Shown here one piece after another: positions 9,520 to 18,513 of a DNA stretch of 49,416 nucleotides. Source of the stretch: Verrucomicrobiota bacterium (GTDB lineage: Bacteria; Verrucomicrobiota; Verrucomicrobiia; Limisphaerales; UBA9464); contig JBDKKQ010000028.1 in NCBI GenBank assembly GCA_039796015.1, positions 1 through 49,416 of the forward strand, given 5' to 3'. The stretch's first letter is position 1. Each line of letters opens with the position of its first letter. Both the position numbers and the translations under genes were made by a program. The notes beneath the pieces were generated by a model that did no database searches, was not told where the DNA came from, and saw only the letters and a program-made list of their open reading frames with translations.

Positions 9520-10203
9520 TCAACCTTCCGACGAACCCGGTTTTGGGGAACGGGGCAGAGCAGCCGACGGATTGCGTTGCCACTCACCCGAATCCAGATA
9601 CGGCTTGAGGCGGCCCTTGAGGGTTTCCCGCGCGCGATGGATGAGCGATTTGGTGGCCTGCAGGGAAGTTCCGAGGACGGCAGCGATCTCCTCGTAGCTC
9701 AATTCGCCGTCGCGGCAGAGGATGAGTGCGGTTCGTTGTTTCTCGGGTAGTGCGGCCAAAGCCTCATCCACGAGGTTGAACAATTCGCTTCGGGTTGTCT
9801 CGGCATCGGCCCCGGGTTGCCGATGGTCTTTGATTTGTCGCAGGGGGTGATCTTCGTCATCGGGTCGCGGTTCATCCAGCGAGTCGGCCGGATGCCGGAC
9901 CCGCCTGCGGATCTCGTTGAGGCAGAGATTGCGAGCAATGGTGAAAAGGAAGGTGGAGAACCGCGCCGTCGGTTGGTAGCGGGCGGCGGTCTTCCAGAGT
10001 TGGACAAAGGTGGCCTGCGCCAAATCCTCGGCTTCGTCCGGGTCGGGCAGGGTTCGGTAGATAAAGCCGATGACCGGATGCTTCCAATGCTCCACCAACT
10101 CGGTGAAGGAGTCCCGATCACCCCGTTTGACGCGCAGCATCAACAGGGTGTCGGGATCCTGGCCGGGATCGGTGGGTTGGTCGGGCATGAGTTTTGCAGC
10201 CAA
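9520..10203 (-). CDS. ECF-type RNA polymerase sigma-70 family factor
   Basis: 227-aa ORF. Region 2: FTELVEHWKHPVIGFIYRTLPDPDEAEDLAQATFVQLW. Region 4 HTH: LPEKQRTALILCRDGELSYEEIAAVLGTSLQATKSLIHRARETL. No adjacent anti-sigma gene is visible. Confidence 0.85.
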   Translation of the reverse strand: MAAKLMPDQPTDPGQDPDTLLMLRVKRGDRDSFTELVEHWKHPVIGFIYRTLPDPDEAEDLAQATFVQLWKTAARYQPTARFSTFLFTIARNLCLNEIRRRVRHPADSLDEPRPDDEDHPLRQIKDHRQPGADAETTRSELFNLVDEALAALPEKQRTALILCRDGELSYEEIAAVLGTSLQATKSLIHRARETLKGRLKPYLDSGEWQRNPSAALPRSPKPGSSEG

Positions 10204-10268
10204 TCCAAAAATCCGTCGGGTGCCCAGTAGGCCCCAATGATTCGGGAGCGGGTAGATGCGATAGACCG

Positions 10269-11087
10269 CTATTTGATCGGAGCCTTGCCCTGGGCTTCAA
10301 CGAAGGCCTTGGCCTTGGCCACGAAGTCGTTGGGGTTCTTGGCGAAATCTCCGCTGTCAGTCTCGATGGCCAAGCGACCGCTGTAGCCACTCTGGTGGAG
10401 TTCAGCGAAGAGCCCCTTGTAGTTGGACTGCCCCTCGCCGATATGAGTGTCAAAAGCCACGTCGTCGCCCTGGGTCTTTTCGACCCGCTTGTCCTTGAGG
10501 TGGAGGTCGAACACTCGTCCGTTGTATTCCCGATACACCTTTGCCGCGTCAAAGCCGGCGCTGGTGATCCAACCGACGTCCATGCAGACGCCAATGCGGG
10601 GGTCCCGGTGTTGGATGATCTGCTTCACCACGGCGGGATTGCCATAAAGGCTCTTGATGCCGTGGTTGTGGACCGCAACCCGAATGTCATACTCCTTGGC
10701 CAGTTCTTCCAGGTTGTCCCAAATACGAAAATCACCGGGTTCGACGATAATGAGCCGAATGCCCATGAACTTAGCGAACTCGAAGAGGCGACGGTTCTTT
10801 TCCTTGTCGGTCGAGGTACCAGCCACACCAAAGGTGTAGGCGCGGAGGCCGGCCGCATCGAGAGCCGCCTTCTTCTGGGCCCACTCCTCCTTCGAGGCGT
10901 TGGGGTCGATGTGGTTCCCAATAACCTGAAGCTCCTTAATGCCATGCTTCACCGCGAAGTCGATGGTCTGCTGGAAGTTCAGGTTGCGGAGGGTCCAGGT
11001 CTGGATGGCTAGCTGGTCAGCCAGATTGCCAGCCTGAGCGGACAGCATGGCTGCAGCCAATGCGATGGGTAGGAGAAGTCTCTTCAT
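10269..11087 (-). CDS. secreted sugar phosphate isomerase/epimerase (xylose isomerase-like TIM barrel) family protein
   Basis: 272-aa ORF with signal peptide MKRLLLPIALAAAMLSAQA. Conserved blocks VAVHNH, GVCMDVGW, DLHLKD and LAIETD are typical of the AP-endonuclease-2/xylose-isomerase-like TIM-barrel fold. Confidence 0.72.
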   Translation of the reverse strand: MKRLLLPIALAAAMLSAQAGNLADQLAIQTWTLRNLNFQQTIDFAVKHGIKELQVIGNHIDPNASKEEWAQKKAALDAAGLRAYTFGVAGTSTDKEKNRRLFEFAKFMGIRLIIVEPGDFRIWDNLEELAKEYDIRVAVHNHGIKSLYGNPAVVKQIIQHRDPRIGVCMDVGWITSAGFDAAKVYREYNGRVFDLHLKDKRVEKTQGDDVAFDTHIGEGQSNYKGLFAELHQSGYSGRLAIETDSGDFAKNPNDFVAKAKAFVEAQGKAPIK

Positions 11088-11159
11088 GGATTTGGAGGTG
11101 AATCAAAGCAGTCCGCGACCCCGGATTCAAACGGGAAGCAAACCGGAAATCGTTTGGTA

Positions 11160-12683
11160 TCACCCCCAGAACTGGCGGTCGAGGGATCGGTACTGGATGG
11201 CTTCGGAAACATGCTCGAGCCTCACACTTTCAGACTCGGCCAGATCAGCGATGGTCCGCGCGACCTTGAGCACCCGGTGATAGGCGCGGGCTGAGAGATT
11301 CAGTTCGGTCAATGCGTGCTTGAGGAGCAAGAGGGTTGGGGAATCGAGTTGGATAAATTGCTGAAGTTCGCGGGGCCCCAATCGGGCGTTGCAGGAAATG
11401 GGTTTTCCGAGCAACCGATGTCGCTGGCGTTCCCGGGCCGCTTCGACCCGCTGTCGGATCTCTTGGCTGGATTCCCCCGGACGCGCCCGGTCGAAATCGG
11501 TGAATCGGACGGCAGGAACCTCGACGTGCAAGTCGATCCGGTCGAGCAAGGGGCCGGAAATGCGACCCAGATAAGACTGAATTTCTCGGGGACCGGAGCG
11601 TGATTCGGCGGGCATTTTGCCGTCCGGCGTAGGATTCATCGCGGCCACGAGCATAAATTGTGCAGGGAAAGTCATGGTTCCTGCGGCTCGACTGATGGTC
11701 ACCTTACCTTCCTCGAGGGGTTGGCGGAGCGTCTCCAGCACGGATCGCTTGAATTCGGGTAATTCGTCGAGGAAGAGAACGCCATGGTGGGCTAGGGAAA
11801 CCTCGCCCGGGGTAGGATGGGTGTTGCCACCGAGCAAGCCAGCATTGCTCGCGGTGTGGTGAGGAGACCGGAACGGACGTCGGGTGAGCAACGCCTGACC
11901 TGGAGCTAATTGACCCACAACGCTGTGGATTTGGGTGGTCTCCAGAGCCTCGGCGAGTGTTAGTGGTGGCAGAATGGTGGCCAGGCGTTGAGCAAGCATG
12001 GACTTGCCGCTGCCCGGTGGCCCAATAAGCAAAATATTATGGCCGCCGGCCGCGGCCACCTCGAGGGCGCGTTTCACCGATTCCTGTCCACGGACCTCGG
12101 CCATGTCGATGGAATCGCCGTTGCCTCCTCGGAAGAGCGCCTCGGTGTCCACTCGCAGTGGTTGGATGGAGATTTCGCCCCCCAAAAACTGAGCGGCCTC
12201 CTGAAGACTTCGAATGGGGATGACCTCTAGTCGGTCCACCACGCCGGCCTCGGGAGCGTTCTCTGCGGGCAGCAGGATGCCTCGGCATCCCTCCGCTCGG
12301 GCCCGGAGCGCGAGCGCGAGTGCCCCTTTGACTGTGCGGACGGCTCCGGTCAGGGCTAGTTCACCCACCATGGCGAAGGCTGTCAGATCCCCCGGTGTGA
12401 GTTGCTTGCTGGCGGCGAGAATTCCTAAGGCGATCGGAAGATCGAAACTGGGTCCCTCCTTGCGGACGTCGGCCGGGGCCAAATTAATGGTGGTCCGGCC
12501 CGGTGGAAATCGGAAGCCGCTGTTAACGATGGCTGTTCCAACCCGATCACGAGATTCGCGCACCGCCGCATCGGGTAGGCCGACTAGGACGATTTGCTGC
12601 GGGCCGGGACCTGAGTCGACTTCGACCTCAACGGGGAAGGCATCGATACCTTGAATGGAAGCGGATCGGATTTGTGCGAGCAT
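11160..12683 (-). CDS. comM: Mg-chelatase-like AAA+ protein YifB/ComM family
   Basis: Lon-protease-like N-domain (SASIQGIDAFPVEVEVD...FDLPIALGILAA). AAA+ Walker A LLIGPPGSGKSMLA and Walker B VLFLDELPEF. C-terminal ARAYHRVLKVARTIADL. The track ORF runs to 12827; I prefer the ATG at 12683 (MLAQIRSASIQG), where family homology starts. The longer start is not excluded. Confidence 0.85.
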   Translation of the reverse strand: MLAQIRSASIQGIDAFPVEVEVDSGPGPQQIVLVGLPDAAVRESRDRVGTAIVNSGFRFPPGRTTINLAPADVRKEGPSFDLPIALGILAASKQLTPGDLTAFAMVGELALTGAVRTVKGALALALRARAEGCRGILLPAENAPEAGVVDRLEVIPIRSLQEAAQFLGGEISIQPLRVDTEALFRGGNGDSIDMAEVRGQESVKRALEVAAAGGHNILLIGPPGSGKSMLAQRLATILPPLTLAEALETTQIHSVVGQLAPGQALLTRRPFRSPHHTASNAGLLGGNTHPTPGEVSLAHHGVLFLDELPEFKRSVLETLRQPLEEGKVTISRAAGTMTFPAQFMLVAAMNPTPDGKMPAESRSGPREIQSYLGRISGPLLDRIDLHVEVPAVRFTDFDRARPGESSQEIRQRVEAARERQRHRLLGKPISCNARLGPRELQQFIQLDSPTLLLLKHALTELNLSARAYHRVLKVARTIADLAESESVRLEHVSEAIQYRSLDRQFWG

Positions 12684-13022
12684 GAGACTGGGTTCAATCA
12701 GACCTGAACGGAGCGACACACTGTGATTCGCTCGGATTCGGTTAAACCTTTCAACGAATTGAGAATTTAAGGGTTGAAGGGTCGGGTCCGTCTTATCAGC
12801 AGGCGCGGAGCGGGCGATGGGTGGCAACGCGTTGCGATCGGCAGAGCTGGTTCTCCCGGGTCGGGTCGTGGTTTCGAGCGCATCCGAGTGTCGCTGGAAC
12901 GTTTCTTCTAGTGGTGCTCGATTTGGCCGTTGCGGCTACCGGGTTGGCGGCCTAGAAATCAAGAGTTGCCGGCTTGCCGGCGGCTGGGCGGACAACGGAG
13001 AACCAACATCTCGTTCGCCCGT

Positions 13023-13097
13023 TCCGGGTCGGGGGCACTTGTTTCAGCAGGGTTCTCCACCCTCGCCTCCTTGGTGTGTCCGACCCGGAGCTTTTTT
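13023..13097 (+). terminator. orphan plus-strand terminator-like structure (10-bp perfect inverted repeat with 47-nt loop, followed by T6)
   Basis: TCCGGGTCGG (13023-13032) is the exact reverse complement of CCGACCCGGA (13080-13089). The sequence GC-TTTTTT follows (T6 at 13092-13097). No plus-strand gene lies upstream. Confidence 0.35.
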
Positions 13098-13101
13098 CTC
13101 G

Positions 13102-13128
13102 CCCTCCCGCCCTCCTCCCGCCCTTCCC
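13102..13128 (-). other. G-quadruplex-type motif (six G3 runs on minus strand; C-rich i-motif side on plus strand)
   Basis: Plus strand reads CCCTCCCGCCCTCCTCCCGCCCTTCCC. C3 runs sit at 13102-04, 13106-08, 13110-12, 13117-19, 13121-23 and 13126-28, with spacers of 1-4 nt. Confidence 0.6.
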
Positions 13129-13163
13129 TTATCCCGTTTCAGCCCCCTGCGCCGCAGGACACG

Positions 13164-13190
13164 AAAAAGGCGACCCCGTTTGAGGCCGCC
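13164..13190 (-). terminator. probable rho-independent terminator of the LamG-protein gene
   Basis: About 33 nt downstream of the stop at 13223, the minus strand reads GGCGGCCTCAAACGGGGTCGCC followed by TTTTT. This is a 7-bp stem with one mismatch, an 8-nt loop and a T5 tract. Confidence 0.5.
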
Positions 13191-13222
13191 TGTTGCGATG
13201 AAGCTTTGTCGTGGACCAAACT

Positions 13223-16200
13223 CTACGGCTTCATTCGGTAAAACTTGGTCTCGATGGGGGTCGTTGTATGCGGCGAGGTAACCGGTGCGCCGACATCCGT
13301 CCAGGGGCCGGTGAGGGTGCCTGCCTGCTGGAGTGTTCCTAGGTCCCATATAATCTGGACGGTCGATCCGGACGTGGTGATGCGGAGGTTGGCGCTTCCT
13401 AGCGGCGGCAGGTCCGCGAAGCTCTGCCCGTTGGCTCCAGCGGTGTAAATGCTGGCCGCTTCAAGGGGAGTCAACGCGCGGCGCCACACCCCGAGATCAT
13501 CCATCTCTCCGGCCCCAGTCTCCTGATAGAGCCCCGTTGGGTCTTGGCCTATGGTTGCCGGTAGACCGGTATCAATGTCTGTGGCGGCCGCAGTCGAGGT
13601 GCCCGAGATCTTGTAGGCCCGCGCCAGGATACCGTCCTGATAAATGGAGACCTGCGACTTTCGATCCAAGACGTAGACAAGGTGATGCCACTCTCCGTCG
13701 TTAATGCTTCCGACTTCTCCATAGAAGCGGGCTCCTGTTCCCGAGTTGCCGTAAAGGGAAACAGCCCAGCTCCCGTAGTTGAGAGGTGCTTCCGTCGGGG
13801 AGGCGCCACTACCAATACCATATCCGTAGGCCGGAGCAAAAACCCAGCCCGCCCCACCCAGCGAACCCGAGGTGGTGGTGAAGAAGGGGAGGTCGCCACC
13901 AATGAAGTTGGCGGGCAGCTTGATCCAAAAGGCGACCGTGAAGTCTACCGAGTTGGAGAACTGTAGATCAGGCCGGACACCCAGTGTGACATAGGAGGTA
14001 TTGGTCACGATGGTGGCACCGGGTTCGGTGGGTGTGCCGAAATCTGAGGCGTAGGCCAGTGCCCGGCCAAGCTTTCCGCTGGTGTAGGTGGCGCCGATGA
14101 CATTGCTGGCCGATGTGTGGTCGCGGGCGATGGCTGTGCCGTTGTTGCCCCGGCCTGTGGCGTCGATGAGTGTGTTGTCGAAGGTGTGGTGCAGGACCAG
14201 GCCAGGGATGGTTACGGTGCTGGTGGGTGTCGGCAGCACGGTGAGAGTCACGGCGGTGCTGTTGGTCGATCCGACACCGTTGGAGATGAGGCACCGATAG
14301 AGACCCGCCGATCCGGTCGTCAGGGTTGGCGTGGTGAAGGTCGATCCGTTGGCTCCGGTGATATCCACTCCGTTCTTCTGCCATTGATAGATCAGAGGCA
14401 ATGAGCCAATCGCCGCGGCGCTGAAGGTGGCTGAAAGCCCCACGTAGTTGGTCATTGCCTTGGGCTGCGTGGTGAAGGAGGGCAGCAGCGTAGAACCATA
14501 GGCCGCTGCAAAATGGGTAGAGATCTCGGTATCAGAAAGGACGGTGTTGTAGATGACTACCTCGTCGATGATTCCATCGAAGCTGCCGTCATACCCCGGC
14601 GAATTGCCTAAGCGCTTGGAACCGATGCTGACCGGCGACGACGACGACTGGATTCCTTGTGGTCTTCCCGGGGAGCTATCGGACAGTTCGCCATTAATAT
14701 AGAGACGAACTTCCGGGGAGCCCGGGTTGGACTGGTCGTACACCGCGACGATGTGTTGCCAACTGTCATTGGGGCCCACGGTGGCATCCGCTGAATACAG
14801 GGTGTTGTTGTTGCCGCGCGTGAAGAATCGGTATTTTCCTGAGGCGATATCGATCGAAAACTGCTCGTTGCCCGTGGTGCCATCGGCCCCTGTGCCTTTG
14901 GCAATCAGGGTGGACTCATCGGGCTGGCCTTCGCCGCCCTTGGCCCAGAGTTCGATGGTGAAGCTGACGTTAGTGCCTTCGAAGTTGATTCCGCTCCCAG
15001 GAAGGCCGCTGATCAAACCCACATAGCTGTTGGTCCCGCCGAAGAGGGCCCCTGTGTTGGTGTCGACCATCGAATATCCAGGCTGTTTGAGTGTCGTATT
15101 GAAGTAGGTGCCATTGAGTCGGCCTATACTGTCGTAGGCCGTGGTGCCTGAGGTTTCGCCCAGACGCCAGTAGGCGAGCGGCTTGGCCGAGAGGGCGGCG
15201 GCGGCAAAGCCGGACGGGGCCGGGGAGACGGTGAGTTGTGCGGTGGTGGTGACGCTTCCAGCGCTGTTGGCGATGCGGCAGGTGTAGGTTCCGGCCGTGG
15301 CCACCGATGCGGTCCCGGAGATGAGGGTGCTGGTGGCTCCTGCGATATCGGTTCCGTTGAGTTGCCACTGGAAGGTCTGGGGTAGACTGCCTCCGCTGAA
15401 GACTGAGAACTGGAAGGGGGTGCCGGAGAAACGCTGCAGGTCGACCGGAGCCTCGAGGATCGTCGGCGGGCCCACGATGATGTTCAGCGAGACCGTGCTG
15501 GTGGCGGACCCATAGGGATTAGACACGACCACGGAATATACAGGTTTAGAAACCTTCAGCGGTTGCAGGGTTAGTTGCGCGGTCTTGATGTTCAGAGCGA
15601 CCGAGTTGCTGTACCACTGGTAGGTCAGGGGTGGTGCTCCTTCGGCCAAGACCGACAAGGTGGCCGTGTCGCCATCGTAGAGATCTGGCCAACGGACGCT
15701 GGGGTAATCACCGGGGCTGGAGATGGGCTTGTAGATGATCGGGGTCACTAGGGCCGAGGCGTAGACACTGGCGATCTCGGACGCGCTGAGCGACTTGTCG
15801 AAAATGGCCGGCTCATCGATGGATCCGCCGAAGAATTGTCCCGCCGCTTGCCACACCTCGTTGGTGTAATTGGCAGCATCGTTGAAGGCATGGGTGGGAG
15901 ATGGAGGACCGAAACGTGAACCCATGGTCCATCGGGAGACATTGACGGTCGCTGCGGCTCCGTTCACGGATGGGGTGGAAGCGATGAGTTGGCCGTTGCG
16001 GTAGAGGTTCCAGGCCGTTCCATCGTAAGTGCCAGCGAGGAACACCCAGTTATTCAGGTCGGTTTCGGGCATGGTGGCCTCGGCGGTGTCGTAGTACGTC
16101 TTTCCGTCTGAAGTGCCGATCTCATAGCGGTTGGTCGTGCCATAACCGCTGTTCTCGTAGCCGCGGGTGATGCGAAGGAAGGTTTCGGCGTAATTTTCAT

Positions 16201-17434
16201 CCCAGCCCTTGGAGAGAATGGTGCGAATGCCGCCGCGGACAGTGGGTTTGATCCAAGCCATCAGGGTGACTTGCCCGATGAGATTGCTCAGGGTGGTGTC
16301 CGCACCGGCCGTAATGGACCCATTGTTGCCATCCAGGAATACCGCTCGGTTGCCGCTGCCCATGCCGGCAAAGGGTGTTCCGGGTTGACCCGCAAGAGTG
16401 CCCCATCGGTTCACGGCGTCTGCGGTCGTGCCGGAGGATCCGGAATTGATGGCGATCGGAAGAGTTTCCAGGGCGGGAGTTGGATAGGTTGGCTCGTTGA
16501 AGGGCCAGTAACCCGCCGGGGAATCAGCTAAGACGAGAGTTGAGTAGCCGGAGACGCCACCGAGGATGCCCTTGAAGTGGGCGTCGCATTGAACCGTGGA
16601 CAGGGCGTAGGGATAGAAGGCGACCTCGTCGATCCACCCGTCAAAGCCGCGGTTGCCGCTGTAGACTAGGGCCGAGGGCATGGGGGTGTCGCCGAGAGTG
16701 CCGTTGAAAGGGGTGCCACCGATGCGCAAGGGCATCTGGGTGTTTTGTCGCAATGAAGCGATATTGGCGGGTGTCAGGGTGACGTTGGTGACATTCACGC
16801 CATTGATGATCAGCCGGGTGTTGCTCCCGTCGAAGACGCCCACCACGTGGCTCCAAGCGCCCGCCTTGACGTTGTATTGAGGTAGGTTGGCATTGTTCAC
16901 CGTGCCGACATACCCGCTGGCATTGCCGAGCCTGAACTCCACTCGGCCAGCGTTATTAATGTAGAAGAGATATCCGCTGCGGCTCGATGCGCCAAAGTCG
17001 TTCATCATCGACGACAGGGGGCAGAATCCGGTCGCGTCGGCTCCCAAGGTGTTGGGTTTGACCCAGAACTCCACGCTGAAGGAGCCTGATTTGTTGAGAG
17101 TAGGATGGTAATTGATATCTACCTTGGATCCGCACCAACCGAGAGCGTTGGTCGAGTTGTACAATCGGACACAACTGCCCACCCGTCCGGGAAGCCCTGT
17201 GGCGGCGGTGAGCACGGCGTAGCCATCGGCGGCGGAGCCCAACTCCCCGAGGTTGGCCAACCGCTTGAGACCGGGAGAGTTGTTGGTTTCATTGAGGCGC
17301 CAATACCCCACTGGCCCTAAAGCTTGAACAGTGGAAGCGTAGTCGGCGCGCAGAGGGGTGCGCGCTGTCAAGGCCAACAGAAGCAGGCTCGACAGCAGCG
17401 ACCCCAGTCGGTGGAGGGTGGGTCGGGTGTTCAT
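13223..17434 (-). CDS. giant secreted LamG (concanavalin-A-like lectin) / Ig-like repeat protein
   Basis: Signal peptide MNTRPTLHRLGSLLSSLLLLALTARTPLRA at the internal ATG (17434); the track ORF starts 28 codons earlier and would overlap the upstream gene. LamG-type modules recur, each opening with a YW-x-x-x-E-type motif (GYWRLNETNN, GYWPFNEPTY, AYWRLGETSGTTAYDSIG, LHHTFDNTLIDATGRGNNG). At least three Ig-like modules carry YQW-x-x-NG ... Y-x-C motifs (TYQWYSNSVAL, TFQWQLNGTDI...GTYTCRIANSAG, IYQWQKNGVDI...GLYRCLISNGVG). Confidence 0.8.
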   Translation of the reverse strand: MNTRPTLHRLGSLLSSLLLLALTARTPLRADYASTVQALGPVGYWRLNETNNSPGLKRLANLGELGSAADGYAVLTAATGLPGRVGSCVRLYNSTNALGWCGSKVDINYHPTLNKSGSFSVEFWVKPNTLGADATGFCPLSSMMNDFGASSRSGYLFYINNAGRVEFRLGNASGYVGTVNNANLPQYNVKAGAWSHVVGVFDGSNTRLIINGVNVTNVTLTPANIASLRQNTQMPLRIGGTPFNGTLGDTPMPSALVYSGNRGFDGWIDEVAFYPYALSTVQCDAHFKGILGGVSGYSTLVLADSPAGYWPFNEPTYPTPALETLPIAINSGSSGTTADAVNRWGTLAGQPGTPFAGMGSGNRAVFLDGNNGSITAGADTTLSNLIGQVTLMAWIKPTVRGGIRTILSKGWDENYAETFLRITRGYENSGYGTTNRYEIGTSDGKTYYDTAEATMPETDLNNWVFLAGTYDGTAWNLYRNGQLIASTPSVNGAAATVNVSRWTMGSRFGPPSPTHAFNDAANYTNEVWQAAGQFFGGSIDEPAIFDKSLSASEIASVYASALVTPIIYKPISSPGDYPSVRWPDLYDGDTATLSVLAEGAPPLTYQWYSNSVALNIKTAQLTLQPLKVSKPVYSVVVSNPYGSATSTVSLNIIVGPPTILEAPVDLQRFSGTPFQFSVFSGGSLPQTFQWQLNGTDIAGATSTLISGTASVATAGTYTCRIANSAGSVTTTAQLTVSPAPSGFAAAALSAKPLAYWRLGETSGTTAYDSIGRLNGTYFNTTLKQPGYSMVDTNTGALFGGTNSYVGLISGLPGSGINFEGTNVSFTIELWAKGGEGQPDESTLIAKGTGADGTTGNEQFSIDIASGKYRFFTRGNNNTLYSADATVGPNDSWQHIVAVYDQSNPGSPEVRLYINGELSDSSPGRPQGIQSSSSPVSIGSKRLGNSPGYDGSFDGIIDEVVIYNTVLSDTEISTHFAAAYGSTLLPSFTTQPKAMTNYVGLSATFSAAAIGSLPLIYQWQKNGVDITGANGSTFTTPTLTTGSAGLYRCLISNGVGSTNSTAVTLTVLPTPTSTVTIPGLVLHHTFDNTLIDATGRGNNGTAIARDHTSASNVIGATYTSGKLGRALAYASDFGTPTEPGATIVTNTSYVTLGVRPDLQFSNSVDFTVAFWIKLPANFIGGDLPFFTTTSGSLGGAGWVFAPAYGYGIGSGASPTEAPLNYGSWAVSLYGNSGTGARFYGEVGSINDGEWHHLVYVLDRKSQVSIYQDGILARAYKISGTSTAAATDIDTGLPATIGQDPTGLYQETGAGEMDDLGVWRRALTPLEAASIYTAGANGQSFADLPPLGSANLRITTSGSTVQIIWDLGTLQQAGTLTGPWTDVGAPVTSPHTTTPIETKFYRMKP

Positions 17435-17471
17435 GGTTGAGTTGGAAGTGGGAGACGGGCTGCGGGAGAAG

Positions 17472-18341
17472 TTATTGGTTAATCGGACGGGTGGTTCGTT
17501 CCTGCAACCATTCGACATCTGGGTTGCGCGGGGTGGGGATGTCTGCGGCTGTGGCTGCAGCCTGGACCTTCAGAGGCGGCATGGACCTGCCATCTACCCA
17601 TCGCTTGATCTCGGAGTGACCATCGGCGAAGGAAAAACCGCAGGCCTTGCTGTGGTAGTAGCCCGGTAGGTCCATGGTGAAGCCGTACAGAGCCGGGTTT
17701 CGAGGTTGGTAGCCGGTCATGCGGGTCATGAAATTACCCCAGTTGATGGTGTCCTCACGTTGGTCGAGAAACACCCAGGTCATTGAGGGGCCGGGTGTTC
17801 CTCGCCCCCCGGCGATATCCCCGAAACGCAGGAAAAGACTGTAATTCTGATTCTCTGTGGTGGTTTTTCCGGCAAAGCCGCCGAGGAAGAAGTTCATCGA
17901 CATCGAACGGACTCGGGGTTTGCGCTCACCGTTGACGGTCACAAACGAACGGTCGGACGGGCATTTGTAAATGCTGGCGCTTTGACTGTACTTCCAGAGG
18001 GGGCGTAGGGTGATGTCGGCGGTGGGGTCCCAGTTTTTGCGGTCCGCCGAAAAATTCATTTCGGTGCGGGTCCAGGCGTAATTGTTGTTCGGGTCGTTGG
18101 CCTGGGCATTGTGGCTGGCGTAGACGATGAAATCCTGATTGTCCTCTGCGTACATCCTCCAGGCCAACGTGAGTTGGCGGTGGTTGTTCATGCAGTAGAT
18201 GCCTTGTCCCTTCTGTTTGGCGCGTGCCAAAGCCGGAAGTAGCATCCCCGCCAGAATTGCGATAATGGCGATGACGACGAGGAGTTCGATGAGGGTGAAG
18301 CCAGAAGGGCAACGTCGACCGTGATGGGTGTGCAACCTCAT
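17472..18341 (-). CDS. prepilin-type N-terminal cleavage/methylation domain protein, DUF1559 / H-X9-DG family
   Basis: N-terminus [32 protein letters not shown] is a class III signal with Glu at +5. The C-terminal segment [17 protein letters not shown] fits H-X9-DG. It lies 37 nt upstream of the LamG gene on the same strand. Confidence 0.85.
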   Translation of the reverse strand: MRLHTHHGRRCPSGFTLIELLVVIAIIAILAGMLLPALARAKQKGQGIYCMNNHRQLTLAWRMYAEDNQDFIVYASHNAQANDPNNNYAWTRTEMNFSADRKNWDPTADITLRPLWKYSQSASIYKCPSDRSFVTVNGERKPRVRSMSMNFFLGGFAGKTTTENQNYSLFLRFGDIAGGRGTPGPSMTWVFLDQREDTINWGNFMTRMTGYQPRNPALYGFTMDLPGYYHSKACGFSFADGHSEIKRWVDGRSMPPLKVQAAATAADIPTPRNPDVEWLQERTTRPINQ

Positions 18342-18513
18342 GGGCGTTTGGGTTTTGAACGGCCGAGCCCCTACCGAGGCTTACTATTTCTGATAACCTA
18401 GAGATTCCTAAAGCCCAACAAACGCAACTCAAAGGTTACATAATTGTAAGAATTTATCAAATCTCTGGGGTGCCTAGGACTAACCCCCCGGCCCATGCGG
18501 GAAGGGGCGCGAT

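Noticed and set aside
12828-13222. Intergenic region scanned by eye for tRNA, tmRNA, SRP RNA, RNase P RNA and 6S RNA signatures.
   Set aside because: I found no tRNA T-arm (GGTTCGAATCC-like), tmRNA ends, SRP GGAA/AGCA domain-IV motif or RNase P P4 sequence. Only a generic hairpin plus T-tract is present; it is reported as a candidate sRNA, not as a named RNA.
18342-18513. AT-rich spacer upstream of the H-X9-DG gene, examined for sigma-70-like -35/-10 elements (e.g. TTGATA ... TATGTA) and for a terminator of the upstream gene (CCCC..CCCGCATGGG..GGGG).
   Set aside because: Hexamer spacing does not fit a canonical promoter, and I do not know the promoter consensus for this lineage. The hairpin is short, interrupted and lacks a U-tract. 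It is probably a promoter region, but no specific site can be supported.
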